The notes beneath the pieces are model-generated. The model was not told the origin of the DNA. It worked only from the letters and a program-made list of their open reading frames with translations, and did not search any database. Shown here one piece after another: positions 9,440-19,295 of a DNA stretch of 64,000 nucleotides (position 1 is the first letter of the stretch; each line of letters opens with the position of its first letter). The translations under genes and the position numbers were made by a program. Source of the stretch: an uncultured Nitrososphaerota archaeon (GTDB taxonomy: Archaea > Thermoproteota > Nitrososphaeria > Conexivisphaerales > DTJL01); contig CAWJIE010000005.1 of assembly GCA_963842885.1 (NCBI GenBank), positions 160,001-224,000 of the forward strand, written 5' to 3'.

Positions 9440-10378
9440 TTGAGCGAAGAGCACCCGTATGACAAGGCTGTCATTGAAGCCGTGAACAGGGTCCTCCCGA
9501 GCGTCGTCACCATCTCCACTGTACAGGTGGTCGAGGAGCTCTTCAGGGCTCACCCCGTCCAAGGGATGGGGAGCGGCGTCGTGGTCCACCCCGATGGCTT
9601 CATCGCCACCAACAACCACGTTGTAGCCAACAGCCATCACCTTACCATCATGACGACCGACGGCAGGAAGTTGGAGGCCAGGGTGGTGGGTGCAGACCCT
9701 TCCAGCGACGTGGCTGTGGTCAAGGTCGAGGACAAGAGCCTCCCCGTGGCCGAGATAGCGGACGCGGAGGAGCTGAAGATCGGGCAGACGGTGGTAGCCA
9801 TAGGGAATCCGTTCGGCTTCTTTCTGGGGGGTCCCACCGTCACGCGTGGCGTCGTCAGCGCCGCCCACAGGGACATCAGCCTGGAGGAGAACATCTTCGA
9901 GGACCTGATTCAGACGGACGCGGCCATAAACCCCGGCAACAGTGGCGGCCCTCTGATCGACCTCCACGGCCATGTGGTGGGGCTGAACACGGCAATGATA
10001 CCGTATGCGCAGGGGATCGGGTTCGCCATCCCTGCCACCATTGTGAAGAAGGCGGTGGACGACCTGATACTGTACGGAAAGGTCAATCGGACCTGGTTGG
10101 GGATCGCCGGGTTCACCGTGGACAAGAACGTCGCCGAGCACTACAGGCTGCCGGTTGAAGAAGGAGTCGCCGTGGCAGGGGTCACCAAGGGAGGGCCGGC
10201 GCAGCGTGCCGGCGTCAGCCCCGGCGACATCATAACGGGCCTCGACGCCAACCAGGTCAGGACGATAAAGGACCTCAGGAAGTACATCAGGTCTCGGAAG
10301 CCTGGAGACGAGCTCCTCATAGAGTTGCTCAGGAATTCAAAGAAGTATCAGGCAAGGGCCGTCCTTTCTCAGGAATAG
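9440..10378 (+). CDS. HtrA/DegP-like trypsin-type serine protease with PDZ domain
   Basis: TNNHVV, DVAVVK, IQTDAAINPGNSGGPL catalytic triad; C-terminal PDZ. Confidence 0.95.
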   Translation: MSEEHPYDKAVIEAVNRVLPSVVTISTVQVVEELFRAHPVQGMGSGVVVHPDGFIATNNHVVANSHHLTIMTTDGRKLEARVVGADPSSDVAVVKVEDKSLPVAEIADAEELKIGQTVVAIGNPFGFFLGGPTVTRGVVSAAHRDISLEENIFEDLIQTDAAINPGNSGGPLIDLHGHVVGLNTAMIPYAQGIGFAIPATIVKKAVDDLILYGKVNRTWLGIAGFTVDKNVAEHYRLPVEEGVAVAGVTKGGPAQRAGVSPGDIITGLDANQVRTIKDLRKYIRSRKPGDELLIELLRNSKKYQARAVLSQE

Positions 10379-10445
10379 CTTCACTGGTGCGGACTAGGTG
10401 ACGGAATCACTTACGTAGAAACCTAGAGAGGTGAATTGCGATGGC

Positions 10446-10613
10446 CTAGGGGACGACCCAGTTCTGGCCCGCTCTGCGCTTGAGTTCGAAACGCTTCCTG
10501 TACTTTTCCCTTATGTTCCTCTTGGGGATGTGAGCCACTCTAACCCTTCCCTGAAGTTTCGGGGTCTGACTGCGGACTTTCCCTGCCTTGGTCAGCGACC
10601 CATGCGTTGGCAA
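10446..10613 (-). CDS. rps30e: 30S ribosomal protein S30e (55 aa, missed by the ORF track)
   Basis: Manual translation from TTG: MPTHGSLTKAGKVRSQTPKLQGRVRVAHIPKRNIREKYRKRFELKRRAGQNWVVP. GGAGG and a TATA box lie upstream. Confidence 0.95.
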   Translation of the reverse strand: MPTHGSLTKAGKVRSQTPKLQGRVRVAHIPKRNIREKYRKRFELKRRAGQNWVVP

Positions 10614-10788
10614 ATCCTTTCCCTCCTTTCCGATTTGCCTGAATCAGGCCACTATATAATTGTAACTCCGCTACGCAGAACACCCAGCCCCCGAGTGGGG
10701 CGCATTTCAGTCGTTGCGAGCGCCAAGAGCCAGTCTCACAAAGTTTTAAACGACAGCATAGCTACCATGGCAGGGGCTGGATGTATCA

Positions 10789-12114
10789 TTGAAGGCTAGG
10801 CTTTTCCTTTGCGAGGCGGGGCTGGCTCTTCTCGACGAGAAGGGCGAGCCGATGGCCGCGGCGCGGTTTCAGGACGACCTCTACAAGAAGTTCAAGTCGC
10901 TGAGCGTCGGCCTGAGCGTCGAAGAGTTCGACACCATCATCGACGCTGCCAAGTCCAAGGGGATCCAGGAGCTCGTCGTGCCGTACCCCGAGCTGGGGCC
11001 GCTGGCCGAGGAGAAGGGGCTCAAGGTCATCGTCAAGCCCGAGGACAGGGAGTCGCTGGAGAGCATCAAGGACATGATAATGGTGAAGTCCGGGCTCGCC
11101 TACAGCGCCGAGGAGGTTCTTGAGATAATCAGGGAGTTCGCCGTCAGGGAGAGCGAAGAGAAGATACGAGAGGCCGCCGCCCATCCGGACCTCCAGATCG
11201 TCCAGTCCATCAACAGCGTCGACGAGCTGGACAAGATCTCCAATCTCGAGGCCATGAGGGTGAGGGAATGGTACGGCCTCCACTTCCCGGAGCTGGACGC
11301 CTTGGTCCAGGACCCGATGGCGTATTGCAGGATCGTCGCCGACGTGGGGCTCAGGTCGAACTGCACGGCGGAGAAGCTTCAGCCGACGGGATTCAGCGAG
11401 GCGAAGATCGCCGCCATCGTCGAGGCGGCGGACAAGTCCAAGGGAGGGGAGCTGCGGCCCGAAGACCTCGACGCCCTCCTGCTGCTGGCGTCGGAAGCCG
11501 TTTCGACAGGCAAGCTCAGGGACAAGATGCTGCGGCACGTCGAAAGGAACATGGGCAAGCTCTGCCCCAACCTGACGGCCATGGCCGGGGCGGGCATCGG
11601 CGCCAGGCTCATCGCCAAGGCGGGCTCTCTCAAGCGCATCAGCGAGATGCCGGCCTCCACGGTGCAGGTCCTGGGGGCGGAGAAGGCCCTGTTCAGGGCG
11701 CTCAAGACGGGCGGAAGGCCTCCGAAGCACGGCATCATATTCCAGCACCCGGCCATCCATGCAGCTCCTCTCTGGCAGAGGGGGAAGATTGCCCGGCTGC
11801 TGGGCGCGAAGCTCGCGCTCGCCGCCCGGATTGACTACTATTCCGGGAAGCTGAACCAGCAGCTCGTGGACAAGATGAACGCGAAGCTGGAGGAGATCAA
11901 GAAGAAGTACCCTGAGCCCAAGCCCGGGCAGCTTAGGAAGGAACCGGAGCAGCGGGGCGGCCGGAGGGAGGACAGGGGCTACAGGGGAAAGAGGGAGTAT
12001 CGCGGTCGCGGCGGGTTCGGCGGCAGAGGAAAGGATGACTTTAGAGCCGGACGCCAGACGCTGAAGGGCTCTTCTGGGCTCAACTCAGAGAGAAGCGCTG
12101 GCCTGCCACGCTGA
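10789..12114 (+). CDS. nop5: Box C/D sRNP protein Nop5 (Nop56/58)
   Basis: REWYGLHFPEL, PASTVQVLGAEKALFRAL, PPKHGIIFQHP. True stop may be TGA 12062-12064 if the indel near 12055 is an error. Confidence 0.96.
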   Translation: MKARLFLCEAGLALLDEKGEPMAAARFQDDLYKKFKSLSVGLSVEEFDTIIDAAKSKGIQELVVPYPELGPLAEEKGLKVIVKPEDRESLESIKDMIMVKSGLAYSAEEVLEIIREFAVRESEEKIREAAAHPDLQIVQSINSVDELDKISNLEAMRVREWYGLHFPELDALVQDPMAYCRIVADVGLRSNCTAEKLQPTGFSEAKIAAIVEAADKSKGGELRPEDLDALLLLASEAVSTGKLRDKMLRHVERNMGKLCPNLTAMAGAGIGARLIAKAGSLKRISEMPASTVQVLGAEKALFRALKTGGRPPKHGIIFQHPAIHAAPLWQRGKIARLLGAKLALAARIDYYSGKLNQQLVDKMNAKLEEIKKKYPEPKPGQLRKEPEQRGGRREDRGYRGKREYRGRGGFGGRGKDDFRAGRQTLKGSSGLNSERSAGLPR

Positions 12115-12719
12115 ACCTGGCCCCTGGTAAGTCTGTCTACGGAGAGCTGATGCTGAAGGATGAGGGGAGGGAGTTCCGGGTCTGGGACCCTTTCAGGAGC
12201 AAGCTCTCCGCCGCCCTGTTGAAAGGGCTCAAGGTCATGCCCATCCGCACGGGCTCAAGGGTCCTTTACCTCGGAGCTTCGACGGGGACTACAGTCAGCC
12301 ATGTCTCCGATATCGTCGGAGAGGGCGGCACCGTCTTCGCCGTGGAGCTGGCCCACCGGGTCGCCAGGGAGCTCCTGGAGAACGTCGTGAAGCACCGGAA
12401 GAACGTTGTCCCCATAATCGAGGATGCCCGCAACGTCGATGCCTACAAGGTCGTGTTCGGCCAGGTGGACGTCGTCTACTGCGACATAGCCCAGCCGGAC
12501 CAGACCCCCATAGCGCTGACGAACTGCCGCAGGTACCTGAAGAAGGGCTACCTCCTCCTGGTGGTCAAGGCCAGGAGCATAGATTCGACGCGCGACCCCT
12601 CCGAGATAGTCCAGGAGGAGGCGCAGAAGGTGAGGGGAGGGGGCTTGGAAGTCCTTCAGACCATGGCGTTGGATCCGTTCGACAAAGACCACGGGATGGT
12701 TCTGGCTATCAGGCGCTGA
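12035..12719 (+). CDS. flpA: Fibrillarin-like rRNA/tRNA 2'-O-methyltransferase (apparent +1 frameshift near 12050-12062)
   Basis: ATLNLAPGKSVYGE, WDPFRSKL, LYLGASTGTTVSH, DIAQPDQ. The conserved N-terminus extends upstream of ATG 12150 to an in-frame TAG at 12042; out-of-frame ATG 12035 is the likely start. Confidence 0.92.
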
Positions 12720-13747
12720 TGTCGGCCTTTCGGTCGGAGGAGGAACCCCTCCTCTTGGGGGCGTCCTCCGAGGGGTCGTCGACGCCCTTTTCGTTGATTA
12801 TGAAGACCACTTCCCTTTCGGGGTGGTACGGGGAGTCCACCATGCGGGCGATCCTGCTCTTTGAGGCCTTGCGCAGGTAGATCCTGTAGGTGCTCGTGTG
12901 CGCCACGACGTGGCCGCCGACGGCCCTCGTGGGGTCGCCAAAGAAAAAGTCGGGCGCCGCCTGGACCTGGTTGGTGACCACGACGGCGATGCCGTAGATC
13001 TCCGCCAAGCGAAGGATCGTGTGCATGAACTTGTTGAGCTTCTGCTGCCTCTCGGCCAGGGTGCCCCTCCCCAGGTATTCGGCCCTGAAGTGGGCCACAG
13101 CCGAGTCGATGACCACCAGCTTGATTTTGGACTTTTCGATCAGTGAGCCCAGCTCCCTGACGATCAGCTCCTGGTGGGCGCTGTTGTACGCCTTCGCGAC
13201 GATTATCCTGTCAAGGACCGCCGCGGAATCGAAGCCTCGCGCCTCGGCGATCTCCGCGATGCGCTCAGGCCTGAATGTGCCTTCAGTGTCGACGTAGATG
13301 GCTCCCCCTTCGAGGCCCCCGGCTCTCATGCGTCTGCTGCACCATTACGGACAGCGTATGGCATATCTGTGACTTCCCGGAGCCGAACTCTCCGTAGAAC
13401 TCAGTCACGGCGCCGGTCTCTATGCCTCCAGCGAGAAGGTCGTCAAGGTTCTTCGAGCCGCAGCTGATGCGCTCTATGTTCTTCCTTCGCGTATAGAGCT
13501 CCTTGGCCGAGACGAAGTCCTTTTCGAGGAGGTTCAGCTCGATGAGCTTCGCCCTCGACTTGTTGATGAGCTCGGCGGCCTTCGCGGTGTCCCCGTTCAG
13601 GCAGTCGGCGACGTCGCCAACGCCTCGGGCCGCAAGGTCCATCAGGCTATAGATCCCCGCCTCGTGAAGCTTCTGCTTTGTGACGGGACCCACGCCCTCG
13701 AGGGTGTCCAGCTCGAGGTCCGCTTCGACAGCCATAGCTAATTCCAA
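12709..13747 (-). CDS. radA: DNA repair and recombination protein RadA (split by +1 frameshift near 13325)
   Basis: HhH N-domain and GEFGSGKSQ Walker A in ORF 13283-13747; [26 protein letters not shown] in ORF 12709-13329. Confidence 0.95.
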
Positions 13748-13786
13748 GCGTCATAGCGGCGTGGCGTTATTAAGGGTATAGCCGCC

Positions 13787-15106
13787 TCATGGAAAGAGGC
13801 GGTTCATCGTCCGGGGGAATATGGAGGTGGTCCTGATGTGTTTCAGACCCAGCATCCATCTCATCACCCTCTCCACGCCCATGCCGAACCCGGAGTGAGG
13901 CGGCAGCCCGTACTTCCTGAGCTCCAGGTACCATGTCATGGAGGCGGGATCGATGCCGAAGTCCTGAACCTTCTTGTAGAGCACGTCGTACTGGTAGATC
14001 CTCTGGCCTCCGGTGGCGATCTCTCCGTAGCCTCCCGGGGCAAGCAAGTCGGCGCTCATGGTGGCTTCGGGCTTGTCGGGATCGCTGACGTGGTAGAAGC
14101 TCCTCGCCTTGACCGGATAGCCGGTCACGAAGACGGGGGCGTCGAACTCCATGGAGACCACCCTTTCAGCTTCCGTCCCAAGGTCGTCCCCCCACTCTAC
14201 GTGGATCCCCTTCCTGTCGGCGATCATGAGGGCCTCGTCATAGGTTATCTTGGGAAACGGCGGCTCCGGGACCTTGACGGCCTTGCCGAGGGTCTCGAGC
14301 TCGGCCTTGCATCCCTCCTTAATCCCGCTCGCTATGGATCGGACCAACTCCTCTTCGACCTTCATCAGGTCGCTGAGCCCGGCGAAGGCCAGCTCCGCTT
14401 CGATCATCCAGAACTCCGTAAGGTGGCGGCTGGTCTTCGACTTCTCCGCCCTGAACGCCGGCTGCAGGATGAAGACCCTGTCGAATGAGCAGATGGCCGC
14501 CTCCTCGTAGAGCTGAGCGCTCTGGCTCAGGTAGGCTGTCTGGTCGAAGTACTTGACGGGGAAGAGGGTCGAGCCCCCCTCGACGGCCGCCTTGACGAGG
14601 ATGGGCGGCTGGATGAGCGTGTAACCTCGCTGGAAGAAGTACTGGGTGGTGACGTCCACGACTTTGGACCTGATCTTGAGGACCGCCGACGTCTTCGGGC
14701 CTCTGATGGCAAGGTGGCGAAGGTCGTAGAGGGCCGTGGGGGACCTGATTGCGCTCCTGGTTATCGGCCACTGCTCGCTGGGGCTGATAATCTTGAAATC
14801 GTGAATGGAGACCTCCTTCCCTCCGGGAGCGCGCGGGTCGTCCCTTATCACTCCCTTCGCATAGACCGCCGACTCCATGGCGGCGCTTCGGGCCGCCTCC
14901 CAGGCCGCATCAGGCGCAGTGCCCTTCTTGGCCGCGAGCTGGATGTAGCCCGATCCATCTCTGAGCCTCAGGAACACCAGGCCTCCTATGACGTTGCTTA
15001 CGCTCACCCAACCAAGGAGCTCCACCGTGGTGCCAGCGGGCGCCTTCAAGGCTTCGGATGCCGTGTGGCTGCGGACGGGCAAGGTCTCTTTCGTCTCTCC
15101 CACCAA
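13787..15106 (-). CDS. asnS: Asparagine--tRNA ligase
   Basis: OB-fold, YLSQSAQLY, FRAEKSKTSRHLTEFWMIEAE, DLLAPGGYGEI, PHSGFGMGVER. These motifs fit AsnRS better than AspRS. Confidence 0.85.
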   Translation of the reverse strand: MVGETKETLPVRSHTASEALKAPAGTTVELLGWVSVSNVIGGLVFLRLRDGSGYIQLAAKKGTAPDAAWEAARSAAMESAVYAKGVIRDDPRAPGGKEVSIHDFKIISPSEQWPITRSAIRSPTALYDLRHLAIRGPKTSAVLKIRSKVVDVTTQYFFQRGYTLIQPPILVKAAVEGGSTLFPVKYFDQTAYLSQSAQLYEEAAICSFDRVFILQPAFRAEKSKTSRHLTEFWMIEAELAFAGLSDLMKVEEELVRSIASGIKEGCKAELETLGKAVKVPEPPFPKITYDEALMIADRKGIHVEWGDDLGTEAERVVSMEFDAPVFVTGYPVKARSFYHVSDPDKPEATMSADLLAPGGYGEIATGGQRIYQYDVLYKKVQDFGIDPASMTWYLELRKYGLPPHSGFGMGVERVMRWMLGLKHIRTTSIFPRTMNRLFP

Positions 15107-15159
15107 ACCAGAACATAACTTAATCTACGGGGTGGTTTTAAAGCTTGCAGATTTCCGAG

Positions 15160-16403
15160 TTGCCGCCTCTGGACTTCAAGAGACTTCACAACCTTGGCGG
15201 TGCCCACCAGGACAGGGGACAAGACGAGGGACGAGGCGGCGGTCAGGCTGTTGTCGGCTCAGTGCGCTGACAGGCTGAAGGTCTTGGGCATACGGTGGGC
15301 AGGCCAAGATCGTCGGAAGGTCCATCGAAGTGAGGGGAGGAGATCCCGTCAGGGCCGCGGATGTGCTTTCGAGGTTCACCGGCGTGGAGAGCGCCAGCGT
15401 CGTGCGGCTGGCCGCTCCGAGCCTTGCGGAGGCTTCGAAGGCCTTGACGGAGGCCGGGGAAAGGCTCGTGTACCCGGGCGAAAGGTACCGTCTGTCCGTC
15501 GATGTGGAGCCGGGGCTCGGGCTCAGCGCCACTGACGTCGAATACGCCTCCCTCGCCAAGCTCATCGACATCCTGGCGGCGAGAGGAAGCAAGCTCTCCG
15601 ACCGGCGGCCCGACAGGACCATCAGGGCGCACATCACGCGGTCCGCCACCTACGTCAGCTACCTTCACTACCCGGGGATGGGAGGCCTGCCTGCCGGCGT
15701 GAACGGGAAGGCCATCGTCTTGCATTCGGGAGGGGTGGCGAGCTACTTCGCCGCCATCGACACGATGAAGGCGGGGATGGAGATGACCCTGCTCTACGTC
15801 TATACCAGCGAGACGCCACCGGCCAACATGAGGAGGGCGGTCGCGACGGCCACATTGCTCAGGGAGCATCACCCTTCCAAGGAGATGGAGCTGGTGGCCG
15901 TGAGCTTCGACGCCGTCCAGGCTCAGGTCAAGGAGAGCATGGCGAAGGACCTCCACGGCCTGGCGCTGCATAGGGCGATGGCGTCGGCAGCTTCGCTCCT
16001 GGCGCAGGAGCGGGGTGCGACCTGGATATCTTCCGGCCTGACGCCCGATGCAGGAATCGAGAACATGTCAGCCTATTCTGCCGAGGTCGCCGCCAAAGGC
16101 GTCACCGCGATGTTCCCTGAGGCTTCGAGGACGAGCGGCGAACTCTGGAGCATGGTGGAGGACGAAAGGCTGAAGGCAAAGATGCCCAGGCTGGCCTGGA
16201 AGCTGATTCCCGCTTCGCAACCTTCGGCCGACGGTTCCAGAGAAACCGCGTTGGCACAGGCCTGGGCGACGGGGAGGCTGTCGGAAGCGGTGAAGAAGTC
16301 CGTTTCAGGTGCCTTTCGGGTCGGGCTGGGGCGGGGGTTCATCGACTACTTTGCCTGCATGGACAGCTTCGCTTCGAATCTGAAGTCTAGAGGAGCTCCC
16401 TGA
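15160..16403 (+). CDS. ThiI-like THUMP/PP-loop protein, degenerate active site (apparent frameshifts near 15180 and 15297)
   Basis: LSRFTGVES, PDRTI, YPGMGGLPAGVNGKAIVLHSGGVAS. The N-terminal part lies in ORF 15194-15535. Confidence 0.7.
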
Positions 16404-17549
16404 CGACGGCCAGCGTGTTCGACAGGCCATCGTTCCCCTCCGCCACATGGCGCAGATGCTCCGCCCGCCTCCTGTAGGAGTCGTCCGCCAGAACCTCCGA
16501 CACCGAGGAGGCCATGATGCGAGGGGTGACCGTCAGGGGGTTGAGCGCCTTGGCGAATCCAAGCTTCGCCGCCTTCGTTGCGTTTCCCCATTGCTCGCCA
16601 TGGTAGGGGATGGGTAGGAAAAGGCCAGGGCACCCCCTCATCATTACCTCAGCGAGGGTGGTGTGGCCACCCCGTGCGACCACAAGGTCGGCGGAGGCGA
16701 TGAGCTCGTCCTTCATGGGGCACCACTCGAACAGCGTGAAGCCATCGAGGCTCTGGGGCCTGGGGTCCCCGATGGGGTCGCCGAAGGAGACGACGAGGCT
16801 GATTCCGTCGCCGAGCAGGGGCGCCATCTTCCGAATCAGGAGGAGCATCCCCGAGCGGCTGCTCCTGGGCCCGCTAATCTGCGCGAAGACCAGCTTCCTC
16901 CCGGGGGCGAATCTGGTGCGTGTAGCGGAGCGGACCTCGTCGGAGACCTCCTTCGCGCGCATGAGGAATCCTACGTACCTCAGCTTCCCTGCCGCCACTT
17001 TGACGCCCCAGAGCTGCTGCTCGGAAAGGGTGTAGGGCGGAGGGAGATCGGGGCTAGGATGGCCCGGCTCCTGTCCCAGCCCAAGGCCAAGAGCTCTGCC
17101 GAGACCCTCTCGATGGGGGACCTCAGGCCGCCCGCCACTGGTGGGAGTGAGATCCGCAACTGGTTTATGATGAGAAGGCTGGGGATGCCGCAGAGCCACG
17201 CCGCCACGACGGACGAAAGCCTAGAATCCGACAAGACAAGCTTCGGCCTCATGCGAAGCATGATGTCGCGCTCTTGGACCGACTGGCGGGCGAAGTTCAC
17301 GTACGCATAGGGGAACCTCCGGAGGGTCTTCTTGAAGGCCATCCTCCCCGCTTCACCCCATTCGACGTCGACGGGCGGGACCTCGGTGCATAGATGGCCC
17401 GACTCGAGGAGGAACTCCAAACCCTCCCCCCAACAGGTGAAATAGCTGTGGACGTCAGGCTTCAGGGCTTCGGCGAGCAAGGAGGTCCTGGAAGCGTGGC
17501 CCAGTCCCGAGCCGTAGACCCCAAAGTGGACCCGTTCAGACCGGCTCAA
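16387..17549 (-). CDS. GT-B glycosyltransferase (GT28/MJ1255-like), split by a frameshift in a C-run near 17050
   Basis: GSGLGHASR N-terminal motif; DLVVARGGHTT and HGEQWGNA C-terminal motifs in the second frame. Confidence 0.85.
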
Positions 17550-18156
17550 GAGACATCTTCCTCACCGTGCCGGCGGGGGCGGTCTCTTCGAACACTATCG
17601 CTTGAAAGGTGGAAAGCTGGATCTGGCCTGACAGCCACAGATCAGGTGTGGCCCCAGCCTTCATGCAGGCGTACGAAAGGTAGGTGTCGATGTCCCACTT
17701 CTCCTCCACAGGGACCTGCGGCAGCAGCAGTCCCGACCCGCCCCTCCATCGGACGATCACCCCGTCGCGGCCGATGACGACTCTGTCCCGGTATTCCCTT
17801 GGGGACCTCACCTCCATTATCACAGGCTCCGTAAGGACGCTGACCTCGAAGGTCAGTGAGGGAAGCTCGTCGGCCGTCACCGGGTCGAACCTGGGGTCCC
17901 CCACCGCGGCGTCGACGGCGGAGTCCTTCACAGCGTCGATGAGAGGCTCGCTGGGATAGGGCCTTCCGATGCAGCCGCGAAGATCGGAGTCCGGACAGGT
18001 GCGGATGGTCACAAAGGCCCCCCTTTTCTCTCTGAAACGTTTGGGCATCTCCGAGGAAGGAGCCCGTCCGGCCACCTTCAGAAGGGACTCGACAGTGTGT
18101 CTGGCCGTCGTGACCAGAAAGACGCCCTCATCGAGGGTGTAGTCCTCATGCGTCAT
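17536..18156 (-). CDS. AMMECR1 domain protein (TIGR00296)
   Basis: GAFVTI, LRGCIG, DPRF, EVSVLT, GLLLPQV. Confidence 0.95.
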   Translation of the reverse strand: MTHEDYTLDEGVFLVTTARHTVESLLKVAGRAPSSEMPKRFREKRGAFVTIRTCPDSDLRGCIGRPYPSEPLIDAVKDSAVDAAVGDPRFDPVTADELPSLTFEVSVLTEPVIMEVRSPREYRDRVVIGRDGVIVRWRGGSGLLLPQVPVEEKWDIDTYLSYACMKAGATPDLWLSGQIQLSTFQAIVFEETAPAGTVRKMSLEPV

Positions 18157-18629
18157 CCTTTCAAAGCCTCCTTGACCTCTTCATCGAACCGGGCCAGGCG
18201 GAACCAGTGTCCGCCCTCCCAGTACAAGTGTTGACAAGACGCGCATTGATAAAACCTCTCCTGGCGCGCAAGGACCAGGGGCGGGACTAGGGAAGTGACC
18301 TCCCCTTTCTCGACCTCACGAACCTCTCCGTTGCACAGGGGGCACCTGGCGGAGGTGGGGTCCAGAGAGGGCTCAAGCCCCATCTCCTTGAAGATCAGCG
18401 CCGCCATGGCGGCCTCGCCTTTCACCGAAACGTGCACGCAGGGGACGCCCCTTCGGATGGCCAGGAGATGAAGCTCTTTGTCAGCGGTCAGTAGCACGCG
18501 GCCTCGTTCCTCGCTTATCCGCAGGAGCGCGTCGTCAGCCATGTCCGGATAGTAAAGAACGTCCAGGCCGTAAAGCCTCAGCTTCCTGGTGAGCGAACCA
18601 AGCATGCCGTCGGCGACGAACCTAGGCAG
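18153..18629 (-). CDS. Mut7-C RNase (PIN) domain protein
   Basis: RFVADGMLGSLTRKLRLYGLD, LLTAD, RCPLCN, CASCQHLYWEGGH. Start codon unclear. Confidence 0.9.
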   Translation of the reverse strand: MPRFVADGMLGSLTRKLRLYGLDVLYYPDMADDALLRISEERGRVLLTADKELHLLAIRRGVPCVHVSVKGEAAMAALIFKEMGLEPSLDPTSARCPLCNGEVREVEKGEVTSLVPPLVLARQERFYQCASCQHLYWEGGHWFRLARFDEEVKEALKG

Positions 18630-18662
18630 GCATGGTCCATGCTCCGGCAGGAAGGCAGCCCC

Positions 18663-19235
18663 CTACGGCTTCTCTGGCGTCTCTGTGCGACACTCTTCGC
18701 AGATGTACTTGCCGTCCATCTCCGCAAGATAGTCGGACCACTGGTTGCAGAGGTCGCAGTAGCCGGAGACGAACCCGGGCGTCCGGCGGCTTTCGCCCGT
18801 CAGGATCCTTGCCTTCTCCGAGACTATGTCGACCAGCTCCGGCGTCACGCTGAGGACATCCGACATGGAGATGATGCCCACCACCTTGTTCCTGTGGAGG
18901 ACACCCAGCCTCTTGATGCCGAGCTTCCGCATCATCCTGGCGGCCTCGGTCACCTCCTTGGCGGCATCGATAGTATAGAGCGGCGTCGACATGACGTCCT
19001 TGGCCTTGGTGCCGCTGGGCTGGAGGTCCCTGGAGACGACCTTCTTGACCATGTCACCGTCCGTGACCACGCCTTCGACCTTGTCGCCTTCGATGATCAC
19101 CACGCTGCCGACTTTGAACTCGACCATCTTCTTGGCTAAATCGGAAATCGTGTCCTCCATGGAACCCGACACGAGGGGGGAGTTCATCACGTCGCGTACG
19201 AAGATCCTGAACGGGATGTGTCTCTCCAGAGCCAT
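18663..19235 (-). CDS. CBS-pair protein with C-terminal zinc ribbon
   Basis: Two CBS repeats (VRDVMNSP, AKDVMSTP); GYCDLC...ICEEC. Confidence 0.9.
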   Translation of the reverse strand: MALERHIPFRIFVRDVMNSPLVSGSMEDTISDLAKKMVEFKVGSVVIIEGDKVEGVVTDGDMVKKVVSRDLQPSGTKAKDVMSTPLYTIDAAKEVTEAARMMRKLGIKRLGVLHRNKVVGIISMSDVLSVTPELVDIVSEKARILTGESRRTPGFVSGYCDLCNQWSDYLAEMDGKYICEECRTETPEKP

Positions 19236-19295
19236 TACCTTACAAATGGATACACTAGTACGTCTCTTTTTAACGGTTTTCCCCGATTGGGGGAC

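Noticed and set aside
10431-10700. Possible structured RNA (RNase P-like GGAAAGTCC on the minus strand)
   Set aside because: Fully explained by the S30e coding sequence (AGKVRSQTP).
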